A DNA stretch of 52,953 nucleotides from a virus (taxonomy: Duplodnaviria; Caudoviricetes), in IMG/VR virus record IMGVR_UViG_3300043436_004091, positions 1 through 52,953 of that record, one strand, 5' to 3'. The notes below the pieces were generated by a model. The model was not told the origin of the DNA. It was given only the letters and a program-made list of their open reading frames with translations, and did no database searches. Positions 9,455 through 19,800 of the stretch are shown in pieces. Positions within the stretch are counted from its first letter, which is position 1, and every line of letters starts with the position of its first letter. A program made the translations under genes and the position numbers.

Positions 9455-10597
9455 ATGAAAATTACTTTAAAAAGAACTCCTGAACAAATCGAGTTAATCA
9501 AAGCTATGGCTTCAAGAAATCGCGCTGTTGCGATGGAAGCTCAAGTTGCTCTTGCTGAATTCATCGGTCCAGTTTTAGCTGAAGTTATCAACAATGCTCC
9601 TACCTTGAGCAACTTGTTCACTCCACTTCAATTCAACGCTGATGACAATCCAAGCATTCCGCTCGATTTATACTACGACGTAGCTGCTGAAGACTATATC
9701 ACTGTATATAGCCAAAGCGCAGCTGGTGGTCTTCCTCAGAACCAAGTTTTACCAACTGTTTCTGAAATGAAGATCCACACCTATACTCTTGATTCTGCAT
9801 TGAGCTTTGACAAGCGCTATGCTGCTAAGAGCCGTATGGATGTTATCAGCAAGACCTTTACTCGTCTTGCACAAGAAATTCTCTTCAAGCAAGAGAAGAC
9901 TTCCGCTAACCTTCTTTTAGGTTCACTCGCAAATGCTAATACCAACGGTAAGGCTCACGTTCAACGCGCTAATACCAATGGTCGCTTCTTGCTTGCGGAT
10001 CTTAACGAACTCTTCACTCTTGCCAAGAGAATCAACACCTCATGGCTTGGTGGTACTCCAGAAGCTCGCCAAGGTCGTGGTTTGACTGACATCATTGTTT
10101 CTCCAGAAGTTGTTCAAGAGCTTCGTGCAATGGCTTACAATCCAATCAACACAAGAGGAGCAAAAGCAGATGGAACTATCGTCACTGATATTCCCGCTAC
10201 TGATGAAATGAGAACATCAATCTACAACAGCGCAGGTATCCCTGAATTCTATGGTGTTTCAATCATGGAAATTAACGAGCTTGGTCGTGGACAACGTTTC
10301 AACACCGTGTTCGACACAGTTGCTGGAACCACTGCTTATACCAATGCTACTGGTGGTAACTCCGCTCAATTCAATGGCACGAACGATGAAATCATCATCG
10401 GTCTTGATCGTAGCCGTGATTCTCTTATCCGTGCAGTTGCTGTTGATTCTGAAAACGGTTCTGAGTTCTCTCTCACTGCTGATGATCAATACAGCGTTCG
10501 TCAGAGCAAGATCGGTTACTTCGGCTCTCTTGAAGAAGGTCGTATGGTTCTCGATACCCGCGCTCTTGTTGGTAAGATCGTTTCTGGTCTTGCTTAA
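9455..10597 (+). CDS. Major capsid protein
   Basis: 380 aa, last gene of head operon, followed by a strong terminator; TDIIVSPE and PEFYGVSI motifs typical of HK97-fold capsids. Confidence 0.8.
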   Translation: MKITLKRTPEQIELIKAMASRNRAVAMEAQVALAEFIGPVLAEVINNAPTLSNLFTPLQFNADDNPSIPLDLYYDVAAEDYITVYSQSAAGGLPQNQVLPTVSEMKIHTYTLDSALSFDKRYAAKSRMDVISKTFTRLAQEILFKQEKTSANLLLGSLANANTNGKAHVQRANTNGRFLLADLNELFTLAKRINTSWLGGTPEARQGRGLTDIIVSPEVVQELRAMAYNPINTRGAKADGTIVTDIPATDEMRTSIYNSAGIPEFYGVSIMEINELGRGQRFNTVFDTVAGTTAYTNATGGNSAQFNGTNDEIIIGLDRSRDSLIRAVAVDSENGSEFSLTADDQYSVRQSKIGYFGSLEEGRMVLDTRALVGKIVSGLA

Positions 10598-10614
10598 TAG
10601 CGATAAACCCTCCC

Positions 10615-10646
10615 AAGAGCCGCCCTTAACGGGGCGGCTCTTTTTT
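10615..10646 (+). terminator. Rho-independent terminator after major capsid gene
   Basis: AAGAGCCGCCC-ttaacg-GGGCGGCTCTT stem followed by a T tract. Confidence 0.9.
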
Positions 10647-10680
10647 ATTTAAAAACATGAGTTTTAAGATATAATAAAGT

Positions 10681-11136
10681 ATGCCTAGAAAAAAGAAAAT
10701 TGAAGAAACAAATGGTGCATTGAAGCCAGAAATTCAAACAACAAACGGATCTAGCAATCCACAGGGATTGATTGAACGAATCTCGCACATGAGAGCTAAT
10801 AATCAAGTGAATACTCCAGAATTCGTTCAAAACATGAGAGAGCTAGAGGTTATTCTTGGCGTATCTCAAATCAGCCCATTCGGCACAAACGAACTTGAGA
10901 TCTTCGAGGAAAATCTCAAAGAAATGTCTATCACTGATTTGCAAAGACTGGCAAACAAGATTGGCATCAATCCATTCCACGAATATCCAACTTTAAAGAA
11001 AAATCTAATCAGGGAATTCCAAGCGTATACAAAGAACAGTCGCCGCAACATTATGCCATCACCAGTAAATAGCTTTGTTCCTGATCCAAACAATCCAGAA
11101 CATAAGAAATTATTGAAAATCCTTGGGGATATTTAA
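10681..11136 (+). CDS. Hypothetical protein (possible Rho-N/HeH-like helical motif)
   Basis: 151-aa ORF; MSITDLQRLANKIGI...LKKNLIREF; TATAAT 5 nt before ATG. Confidence 0.5.
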   Translation: MPRKKKIEETNGALKPEIQTTNGSSNPQGLIERISHMRANNQVNTPEFVQNMRELEVILGVSQISPFGTNELEIFEENLKEMSITDLQRLANKIGINPFHEYPTLKKNLIREFQAYTKNSRRNIMPSPVNSFVPDPNNPEHKKLLKILGDI

Positions 11137-11142
11137 GTGTAA
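11137..11142 (+). promoter_or_regulatory. GTGTAA putative late-promoter motif
   Basis: 8 nt before ATG 11151. Confidence 0.55.
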
Positions 11143-11150
11143 TATATTGT

Positions 11151-11606
11151 ATGAGTGTAATTAGCGACTTAGCATTAAATATTTTTCAAACAGAATTCGA
11201 TGGAGACACTGGAGTGATGTATAATTCTTACATCGAAGCTTGGCTCGAAAGTAATTTGGGGCAGTTAAATAATAGAATAAATACTTCATACAGCGGAATC
11301 GATGCTGAGCTAGATTTAGAGTCGCAATCTATTTACAAAGAGTTGTATATGGGTAGTTACTATAGAAAGCAATCGCGCAACGCTTTAAGAGGATTGATTG
11401 GCAATACCAATGGCTCTGATATTCTCAGTTTAAGAGATGGTAATAGTTCTGTTACATTCACCAACAAAAACGAAGTATCCAAGGTTTACAAAAGCCTTGC
11501 AGAAGAAAGCGATAGAAAAGTCGAGAAGCTTTCTCATTACTACAATATATACCAATCCCAGCCTCTGCAACTTGGAGGAATAGATGCTCTTAATGTAACC
11601 ATCTAA
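11151..11606 (+). CDS. Putative head-tail adaptor/connector
   Basis: 151 aa downstream of capsid; helical N-terminus and ILSLRDGNSSVTF hairpin typical of adaptors; GTGTAA upstream. Confidence 0.45.
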   Translation: MSVISDLALNIFQTEFDGDTGVMYNSYIEAWLESNLGQLNNRINTSYSGIDAELDLESQSIYKELYMGSYYRKQSRNALRGLIGNTNGSDILSLRDGNSSVTFTNKNEVSKVYKSLAEESDRKVEKLSHYYNIYQSQPLQLGGIDALNVTI

Positions 11607-11625
11607 TGTAGGAAAAATAGTAAAT

Positions 11626-11658
11626 AAAAAAGGCTGGCATTTCTGCCAGCCTTTTTTT
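11626..11658. terminator. Bidirectional Rho-independent terminator
   Basis: AAAAAAGGCTGGCA-tttc-TGCCAGCCTTTTTT between convergent genes. Confidence 0.9.
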
Positions 11659-11679
11659 GTTGCTTTAAAAGCTTTATAA

Positions 11680-12804
11680 TTAGGCAAAGACAGCCCCACT
11701 TCCAAAGCCACTGATAAATAAACCATTAGCGGTATCATTGTTACCTCCAACCTGAGTCGAGAAAACAAGATCAACGGTTTTATTTGAGCCAATACTAGAA
11801 CTAAAAGATTCACTATCAAGTTTGCAACCTTTAAGAACATATACTAAAGCATTGGTAGTCGAATTAGGCTGTTTGATTGTTAATGTTAAATCATTTGTGA
11901 TTTTAGTGTCGATAGATGCAGCTAAGTTTTCAGCGGTAACTTCATTTAAAATAGCGTTGACAGACAATGTAACATTCAAAGGAAAATCAACAAGTCTTGA
12001 ATATGGATATCTGCTTCCCAAGCGTTGCAATGCAGAGCGTGAAAGAGGAACTGAAAGACTTGCGCTTTGAATGTGAATAGCGTCTGCTCCACCAGTAATA
12101 TCAGCGATAATTCCAGAATTACTATTTCCGAAAGAAAGAGTAACATCTCCAGGTCTAAGAGCAGAAACTGTGGCAGTGCCAGTGTTGCTTGATCCACTTG
12201 GAAGTAAAATGCCAGTTGATGCGTAAGACGCTCCACCGCTAGGATCAACAGAAGGTAAGAAGCCGCTAATACCAGATACGGAGGTACCGCTCACACCAGA
12301 TGCGGTAATATTTGATCCTTCCATTGATACAGATACAGTTGGTAAGCTTCCAACAGCAACATCTAAAGTATAATCCGTTAAGAAAACATTTCCTATTCCA
12401 ATGAGTGATTTAACTCCATTAAAATTAGTAGTTTTATTATAATCGTTACCTTCTGTAGAAGTGGTAATATACAAATTTCTGCCGCTTTGATCCAACATCA
12501 AGCCAGAAATAGCGTTGCCAGAAATTCCACCGACTCCTGTTAATAAATTGAATCCAAGCGCTCTTTCATTGGTTCCATCTGTCAAATAATATGAAAAGTC
12601 TACACTTACTGTAGGAGATTCTAAAACGATAGAATCGATACGTGCAAGCTCGCCATATTGATTAATGTCTTGACGAGCAACATTAAAGCTATAATTTGCG
12701 CTTTGAACGCGATCTAATTGTCTGTGCTTTCCTGTGGTAGTAGAAGTGATGCCTTCGCTAACATACAAAGCGTCTGATTGGTAAATTACTCGGTTACGTG
12801 CCAT
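11680..12804 (-). CDS. Major tail tube protein
   Basis: MARNRVIYQS start; S/T/G-rich beta protein; RVQSANYSFNVARQDINQYG; own terminator; two paralogs downstream of the TMP. Confidence 0.65.
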   Translation of the reverse strand: MARNRVIYQSDALYVSEGITSTTTGKHRQLDRVQSANYSFNVARQDINQYGELARIDSIVLESPTVSVDFSYYLTDGTNERALGFNLLTGVGGISGNAISGLMLDQSGRNLYITTSTEGNDYNKTTNFNGVKSLIGIGNVFLTDYTLDVAVGSLPTVSVSMEGSNITASGVSGTSVSGISGFLPSVDPSGGASYASTGILLPSGSSNTGTATVSALRPGDVTLSFGNSNSGIIADITGGADAIHIQSASLSVPLSRSALQRLGSRYPYSRLVDFPLNVTLSVNAILNEVTAENLAASIDTKITNDLTLTIKQPNSTTNALVYVLKGCKLDSESFSSSIGSNKTVDLVFSTQVGGNNDTANGLFISGFGSGAVFA

Positions 12805-12861
12805 AATTTTTTATCTTTATTGTCTTTACAGTTAGGCCATAAAAAAGTGAAATTATTTTTA

Positions 12862-13707
12862 TTATCTATGGTATCTTTGTTGGTGTATTTCAAAATCAAT
12901 AAAGCCAATATATAAATCATTCGCTAAAGATTTTCGCGCTTTGTCTGTTAATTTTGAAGTGTCAACATCTTCAACAAAGAACAATGGATTGCCAGCGTAT
13001 TGAGTTTTTAAATCTTCATAGGAAAAACGTCCATTTTTAATGTCTCCATATTCAGTGATTGGATTGCCAGAGTATGGAATATTGGGAATAACTTCGTTGT
13101 ATGAATCAGCAAAAATAGAAAGAACTCCATCTAATTGATAAGGATTTTCAGCAAGCACTACAGCTTTCATCGAAATCTTAGTAGTATCTTCGCCGCCAAA
13201 AGCAAACGGATCATTTCGCATTGATTGACTGGAAATGAATATAGCTGGAACTACTTGATCGTATGGTTCTACATATGTATTCGGCGCAGAGTAAACTCTT
13301 GGATTAGAATTATACTTTTTATCGACAAGTAGATCGTCTTCTCCATCATTGGTGAAGTATATGTTAAAATCTTTCACCGAAAAAGATCCAGTGATTGATG
13401 CGGTGTTTGATGCCCCGCTGATTAAAGCTCGCCCATTTTCAAAGTCTAAAAGTAAACTGTTACTTCTTGGTTGAAAAACTCCGTTTACATAAACACCAGA
13501 AGGAACAGTAGCTCCATTGATTGAAGAATCAGTAACCCACTGTTTATAAGGACTGCCGAAAGATTTGTATCTACTGTCTAATCTGTCATCAGTGTAGTTA
13601 TGAAAAACTCCTGTTTGATTGCTGAATGCTTGACCCTTTTTCAATAAAAAGTTGTCAAACCAAAGCATGAATGATGTTGTTGCTCTATGTTGAAATTGTT
13701 CGATCAT
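12862..13707 (-). CDS. Putative tail completion/terminator protein
   Basis: Directly upstream of tail tube in the same operon; PAIFI...PFAFGG...IGFIDFEI. Confidence 0.45.
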   Translation of the reverse strand: MIEQFQHRATTSFMLWFDNFLLKKGQAFSNQTGVFHNYTDDRLDSRYKSFGSPYKQWVTDSSINGATVPSGVYVNGVFQPRSNSLLLDFENGRALISGASNTASITGSFSVKDFNIYFTNDGEDDLLVDKKYNSNPRVYSAPNTYVEPYDQVVPAIFISSQSMRNDPFAFGGEDTTKISMKAVVLAENPYQLDGVLSIFADSYNEVIPNIPYSGNPITEYGDIKNGRFSYEDLKTQYAGNPLFFVEDVDTSKLTDKARKSLANDLYIGFIDFEIHQQRYHR

Positions 13708-14303
13708 GATAATTTTATGTTTGTTTGTTCGTAATTGATTTTTGAGAACAGAACTCTATACTTATTTAATAGAGCCGATATGTATGGAACGTTTTTAAAA
13801 CGCCCCGATCTTATTTTGGAATTAGACTGTATACCTCCTTCAGATCTGCCTTGTCCATACTTTTGGATGTAAAAGCCTACGCCAGAAATTCCTGTTTCTA
13901 TTCCCTTGGCCCAACTTCTTCCAGAAGCCCACGGCATAGGAGTCGCGGCGAATATATCTTGGGTGGACGGCAAGGTAATGTTTGCGGTAAGGATATTTCG
14001 CCCAGATCTAGAGAAAACAACGTTGGTTTTTTCCAAGATATCTATGATTGGCATGATAGGTGCATCTCCAGATTCGAATCCAATAAAAGAAAATAGATTG
14101 CCATTACCGTTCAAAGTATTAGAAATGTTTTCGGAGTTGTAACCATTCATAATCTCTTCAGTTACTGGGTGATTCATAAACTCTTGAATCATCTGTTTTT
14201 TTGTTTCTTCAATGGTTTGTCGCAGCGAACTTTCTACACTTGGTCGTAGTATTTTATTCGCTTGCAAATTAACACTGTCTAATACTTGCTTGGGTATTTT
14301 CAT
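13704..14303 (-). CDS. Putative neck/tail-completion protein
   Basis: Basic 199-aa ORF in neck operon; position only. Confidence 0.4.
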   Translation of the reverse strand: MKIPKQVLDSVNLQANKILRPSVESSLRQTIEETKKQMIQEFMNHPVTEEIMNGYNSENISNTLNGNGNLFSFIGFESGDAPIMPIIDILEKTNVVFSRSGRNILTANITLPSTQDIFAATPMPWASGRSWAKGIETGISGVGFYIQKYGQGRSEGGIQSNSKIRSGRFKNVPYISALLNKYRVLFSKINYEQTNIKLS

Positions 14304-14761
14304 TATTCATCTAAAGGAGTTAAAAAGAATTCATAGTATTGATTATCAAAAAGCCCAATTGGAACTCCATCACTTTTAATTGAAAAAGTTTTGCCATCGA
14401 ATTCTACCTTTCTTGCTTCTTTTATGAAAAGATAACCAGCTGGGTCAACTACTATCTTAACAGATCCTTGCGGCATTATTATTTTGTTTTGAGATCCTTT
14501 GTTAGAAGCTGAATCTGATAGAAATTCTTCGTCCATCTTAATATAGTAGATTCGAGCCATGAATGTAGATGATACTGTTTGATTTTGTGTGTTACTGTAC
14601 GCTCCAGCGTTTCCATAGATAGAATTGTATTGAGCAGAACTGGCAATAGTTACTTGCTTTGAATTTTTATAAACAGTTATCTCTCTAGAGAACGTGTCAT
14701 GCAAATTCGCAAAAGCGGATGTTACTTTTAATTGATTTGCGATATTTATTAAGCTTGGCAT
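14303..14761 (-). CDS. Putative head-closure (stopper) protein
   Basis: 152-aa beta-rich first gene of neck operon; KVEFDGKTFSI; GTGTAA upstream. Confidence 0.45.
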   Translation of the reverse strand: MPSLINIANQLKVTSAFANLHDTFSREITVYKNSKQVTIASSAQYNSIYGNAGAYSNTQNQTVSSTFMARIYYIKMDEEFLSDSASNKGSQNKIIMPQGSVKIVVDPAGYLFIKEARKVEFDGKTFSIKSDGVPIGLFDNQYYEFFLTPLDE

Positions 14762-14769
14762 ATTGAATT

Positions 14770-14775
14770 TTACAC
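14770..14775 (-). promoter_or_regulatory. GTGTAA putative late-promoter motif (neck/tube operon)
   Basis: Minus strand reads GTGTAAAATTCAATATG, 8 nt before the start at 14761. Confidence 0.6.
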
Positions 14776-14806
14776 TTTTTTATCTATTATAAATTAAGGC
14801 ATAAGG

Positions 14807-15100
14807 ATGAATGGTCAATTTTTTTTAGAAAAGAGGTATAAACAGTCGGTAACGTGCATATTTAAAGACATGTTAAAGATTGTTGAAGACATGAAAGCAG
14901 ATCATGATTATCATTATGGTAAGTTGTATGATAATATTCCACAAGAATATCATTCTATCATAGATACAGCAAATCATTTTGATGAAAACAAGTTCGCATG
15001 GATTAGAAAAAAAATACTTGATCGTGGCAACGAATCTTTAAGAGATTTCTCGTCCGAAATGGAAAATTATACAGTAAGCTTTATATTTAAAAACAACTAA
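14807..15100 (+). CDS. Hypothetical protein
   Basis: 97-aa ORF, first of the divergent chaperone block. Confidence 0.55.
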   Translation: MNGQFFLEKRYKQSVTCIFKDMLKIVEDMKADHDYHYGKLYDNIPQEYHSIIDTANHFDENKFAWIRKKILDRGNESLRDFSSEMENYTVSFIFKNN

Positions 15101-15101
15101 A

Positions 15102-15863
15102 ATGGAAACAAAAATCAAAGAGCTATATAGCTTCAGCGTTGACAAGGAAATCGAAAAGGAAGAAGTAACAACAAAGATCGACAAAAAGACCAAAGAGGAA
15201 ATCACAGTCAAGAAAAAGATCAAGACTTCTGTTCCAGTCACGATCAAGTTGAAAAGACCTTCTCGCAGAGAGTTGGAAGAAGCTGAGCTTGAATTCAGCG
15301 TCGAAATGAGTAAGTGTGTCAAGAAAGGCATTCTTACAAAAGCGATGTTGGCTAAAAAGTATAGCGATACTGGGGGTTTGATGAGTGAAGACGATGCTCA
15401 GTCTTTGGTTGATTCATACAAAAAGGTTTTCGATATTCAAAACGAATATTCAAGATTAGAGATTATTCAAAACAAAACAGACAAGCAAAAAACAAGAGTC
15501 GAGGAAATCACTTCTGAGTTGGCTCAAGTTCGCCGTCAAATTGTTGAGTTCGAATCAAACTACCAATCATTGTTTGATCATACCGCAGATGTAAAAGCTC
15601 AGAACAGGCTTATTCTTTGGTATGTGATTATGTTGACTTACATTCAGGAAGAAGGTGAAGATTCACCGTCTCCATATTTTGGCGCGGGTAGTTTTGAAGA
15701 TCGTCTTGAAGAATACTATCGCAGAGAAGAATCTGAAGATGATTTATATTTCTTGATTACCAAGAAAGCCGCAACTATTCTTGCATTCTGGTTCTTCAAC
15801 CAAGCTTCCGACAAGGAATCATTTGACTCTCTGATGAAGAGATTGGAAAGTAATGATCTGTGA
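15102..15863 (+). CDS. Putative tail assembly chaperone
   Basis: Charged helical protein (IKLKRPSRRE) two genes before the TMP. Confidence 0.5.
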   Translation: METKIKELYSFSVDKEIEKEEVTTKIDKKTKEEITVKKKIKTSVPVTIKLKRPSRRELEEAELEFSVEMSKCVKKGILTKAMLAKKYSDTGGLMSEDDAQSLVDSYKKVFDIQNEYSRLEIIQNKTDKQKTRVEEITSELAQVRRQIVEFESNYQSLFDHTADVKAQNRLILWYVIMLTYIQEEGEDSPSPYFGAGSFEDRLEEYYRREESEDDLYFLITKKAATILAFWFFNQASDKESFDSLMKRLESNDL

Positions 15864-16837
15864 GTGAAGAACAGTATATCGCTATCGTAGGGGAGATATT
15901 TGATGGATATACAGAGTTTGATTATAAAGGTCAACCTGTTTATCTAAAGCACTTTTCTATCCGCGATCAGCGATATATTCATAGATACTACGAAAAGTAT
16001 AAAAACATAGCTCTCGACAAAGGCATACCAACTGAGAAGGAAATGCTGGATCAGTTGGTTGCCGATGGCTTATGGTTGGAAGAAGATGACAAAAAAATAG
16101 CTGAGTTGGAAAATGAAATCGCCAACCTCAAACAGACTAAAATGAACTTAGTTCTACCGTCTCAAAAAGATAAAACTCAAGCATCAATCGAAGAAAGATC
16201 CAAAGAACTTTATATTCTAAAGATCAAAAGAAAAGAAGTTATCGGCAAAACAGCAGAAGATTATGGATCTTCGAGATCAAATGAAGAGTTTATCCGCTAT
16301 ATCATATATAAAGATCCAGAACTAAAAGAGCATCTGTTTACCGAAGATAGTTTCGCGGAAATAAGTGATTCTGACATTCATCATTTGATTAAACAGCATC
16401 AAATGTGCGGCACAAGATTAGGTGAAGACAATATACAACACGCTGTTTTGAGGGATTTCTTTAATATGTATTTATCTCAGACAGAGCATCTTCATTCTTT
16501 TTATGGAAAGCCTATTATTCAGCTTTCTGTATATCAGTTAAAGTTGGCGCTGTATGCTAGAATTTTCTTTAATATCTTTCAGTATAATGATGATATTCCA
16601 GAAAGCATAAAAAAGAATCCAGCTGATGTGTTAAGATTCTCAGAATCAAAAAGAAGTGGAAGCAAGACGAGTGAGAAGTTTAAGAATTCTGATACTGGTG
16701 CTACTGCTGTTTTCGGCGCTACCAAAGAAGATTTATCATTTGTTGATTCAGGAGCGAAAGCAATAAGCCTTTCTGACGAAATTAGCAAAAATGGGGGCAG
16801 TATGAATATGGAAGATTTGATGAAATTGATGGGTTAA
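15860..16837 (+). CDS. Putative tail assembly chaperone (pre-TMP protein)
   Basis: GTGA overlap; immediately before the TMP; FYGKPIIQLSVYQ motif. Confidence 0.5.
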   Translation: MSEEQYIAIVGEIFDGYTEFDYKGQPVYLKHFSIRDQRYIHRYYEKYKNIALDKGIPTEKEMLDQLVADGLWLEEDDKKIAELENEIANLKQTKMNLVLPSQKDKTQASIEERSKELYILKIKRKEVIGKTAEDYGSSRSNEEFIRYIIYKDPELKEHLFTEDSFAEISDSDIHHLIKQHQMCGTRLGEDNIQHAVLRDFFNMYLSQTEHLHSFYGKPIIQLSVYQLKLALYARIFFNIFQYNDDIPESIKKNPADVLRFSESKRSGSKTSEKFKNSDTGATAVFGATKEDLSFVDSGAKAISLSDEISKNGGSMNMEDLMKLMG

Positions 16838-16850
16838 AATATTGTTTTTT

Positions 16851-16856
16851 GTGTAA
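16851..16856 (+). promoter_or_regulatory. GTGTAA putative late-promoter motif (TMP operon)
   Basis: Intergenic, 26 nt before ATG 16883; AAGGAG also present in the leader. Confidence 0.55.
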
Positions 16857-16882
16857 ATAGGACAAAGGAGTAAGGACTATTT

Positions 16883-19800
16883 ATGCCAGCGTCAGTTCAG
16901 ATACCAGTAACACAAACAGGTTTAGAAGCGAGCATCCAAGCGGCATTGAGAAATGCTGGGAAAGGCGCTCAAATTAATTTAGGAGCGAATGCTCGTCAAA
17001 TTAATGCGTTAGCTCAACCTCTTGGTCGTATCACTGGACAAGCTGACGAATTTACCAAATCGATGGAAGCGGCGAATGCTCGCGTATTTGCATTCGGAGC
17101 TTCTGTTGGTATTATCAATGGAGTTACAAGTGCATTTAGTTCTCTAGTTAAAAGTACTATCGCAGTCGAAAAATCTTTGACAGAAATTAATTCCGTTTTC
17201 CAAAAAAGTTCTTCTGAGTTGGAGAAATTTGGCAACTCTTTATTCGATGTAGCTAAAAACACAGGACAATCATTTGACGCTGTTGCAAAAGGCGCTCTCG
17301 AATTAGCTAGACAAGGTTTAAGCACAGAAGAATCTCTTAGAAGAATTAATGATGCTCTTATCTTGACTCGCCTATCTGGATTGGATGCAGAAAGATCAGT
17401 ATCTGGTTTAACTGCCGCAGTTAATGCTTTCAAAAGCACAGGTATTACAACATCTGAAGTTTTAAACAAACTGGTTGTTGTTTCTCAAAAGTACTCGGTT
17501 TCTGAAAAAGATTTAATTGAAGGTCTTAAGAGATCATCATCTGTTGCGAAGCAAGCTGGAGTTTCTTTTGACGAGTTGGTTGGTATCATCACAGCTGTTC
17601 AAGAAAAAACATCTGTTGGTGGAGCAGTTATTGGTAACTCATTCAAAACAATCTTCACAAGGTTGCAAAGAACAGACACTTTGGATGCTCTGCAACAACT
17701 TGGAGTTTCTGTAACAGATGTTCAAGGCAGAATATTGCCAGCTACAAAACTTCTCGAAAATTTAGCAGGTACAATCAAAAGTCTTAATCAAGTACAACTT
17801 GCAGAGATTACTGAAAAAGTTGGTGGTGGATTCCAAATCGATAAGTTATTAGCTACATTAGAAGATTTGAGTAGTCAATCATCAGTGGCTTTTAAAGCGA
17901 CTGAAATATCTTTAAAAAGTACAAATGAAGCTTATGAAAAGAACGCAGCATTGAACGTTACATTAGCTGCTTTGATCAATAAGACATCTTTAAGTGCGGA
18001 GCAGCTTGGAGCTACATTGGGTAAAATTGGAATCACTGACAGCGCTAAAAACTTGCTTGGATTCTTTAATGGACTTCTTGAAAGTATCCAAAAAATCCTC
18101 GGTGAAGAAAGTGCATTGGGAGATGTTTTTAGAGGTTTAGCTAAAGGCATTGGAAATCTTATCACAGGTCCAGGTTTAGCTTTGTTTGCAGGTATTATTT
18201 TAAAACTTTCAAAAGACCTTGCTCAGTTTGGTTTTGCGAGCTTAAAAGGATTCTTTGGAATTGGAAAAGCCGCTAAAGAAATTCAAAATGTCGAACAGTC
18301 TATTGCTTCGGCTCTTTCTAGAAATGTCGGACTTCAACAACAACTTTTCGCTTTAGAAGGTAACAGAGCGGCTCAGATTAAACTGATGTCTGATGCTATC
18401 GTATTGCAAGAAGCCGCGATGAGAAGAATGGCTTCTACAGCAAGCACTTTGGCGGCTCCTCTTTATGGAGCAGGCGTAAGAAGCACTGGAGAAGGATTAA
18501 GAGTGCCTAGAGCGGCGGGTGGATACACACCAGCGGTTTCTCAAGAATCGTCTGATATTAGAAAAGGTGTTGGTGGCGCTAAATCTGGAGATCGCCCAGT
18601 TGTTATTCCTAATTTTAATTTTGGTCAAGGCAAGAAAGGATCTATTGTAGCTCACACTGGAGAGTATACAGTTCCAAATTTTGCGGGCAGCGGTGGAACA
18701 GCTATCTTTAATAGAGACATGGTTCGCTCTATGGGCTTGCCATCTGGGGCTAAAAAGATTAGTGCATCTGGCGGATTGATTCCAAATTTTGCCGAAAAAG
18801 TAAAAATAGTAAAAAATCAAAATCAAATTCTAGAGGGTAAAAATTTTGAAAGTATTTTAAATAAAAGACTCTTTGGAAAAAGTTCTTATTCTCCTAATGA
18901 TCCTCTTGATTTTCCGCTTCCTCAAGGCTACGGCCTGAATGCGAGCGCTAAAAAACAGTTAGGTATTAATAACTTGTCTAGATATGGAGATGCTAAAAGA
19001 TCTTTCAGTAGACCTTCTTCTGTTAGTTTAATGGATAAATATTTAAGAACTAAAGAGGGTGAGCTAGATTTTCGGAATAAACGTATTAGCGAAAGAGGTT
19101 TTATTAATTTAAAACCAGATGGCTTGTCCATGCTTTACAAATATGGAGAAGCTGAAGGTGTGAAATCAATTAACGTTGGAACTAAAAATAGTTCTTTTTC
19201 AGTAAAAACAAAAAAACTAATTGAACAAAAATTAATAAAGACAAAAAATCCTAATTTAAGCAGAACTATTAGTATGCCATTGATTGCCGACAAGGTTAAT
19301 TTAGCTTCTGGTTTTATCCCAAACTTCTCTAATACTCTTTTAACTGACACTATTAGACAATATTATCCAGAATTAGAAAATTACAGAGTAAGTTCTAAGA
19401 AGTTTGTTTTTCCTAATGGCATAGAAGCTTATCAATCAAATATTGATAATGTTCTTAAAAGAAATCCATCTTTTGCTACAAAAAAGAAGGCTTTGGATCA
19501 GAAAAAACTTGACCAAGGATTTTTAGATTTCAATATCGATGCAAATACTTTAGGGGGAATTGCTTTGGTCACTCCGAAGCAAGGAGATGCTTCTGGATAT
19601 GTTTCGGCAAAACTAAAAGGTTCTGATCTTAAAGACAATAAGCCGAGAGGTCTTTTAGATGATGATCAAATTATTTTAAGTAATATTCAGCAAACTGGAG
19701 TTCCTACAAAAAAGAATTTCGAGCAAATATCATCTGAAATTAATAAGTTTTTTGCTGGGCCAATTGTAGCACTCGCTCAATCTTTATATGGGCGACTTTA

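Noticed and set aside
15840-15870. Programmed -1 frameshift between the two tail chaperones (lambda G/GT type)
   Set aside because: The -1 frame has a TGA at 15854-15856 just before the GTG start and no slippery heptamer fits; simple GTGA coupling explains it.
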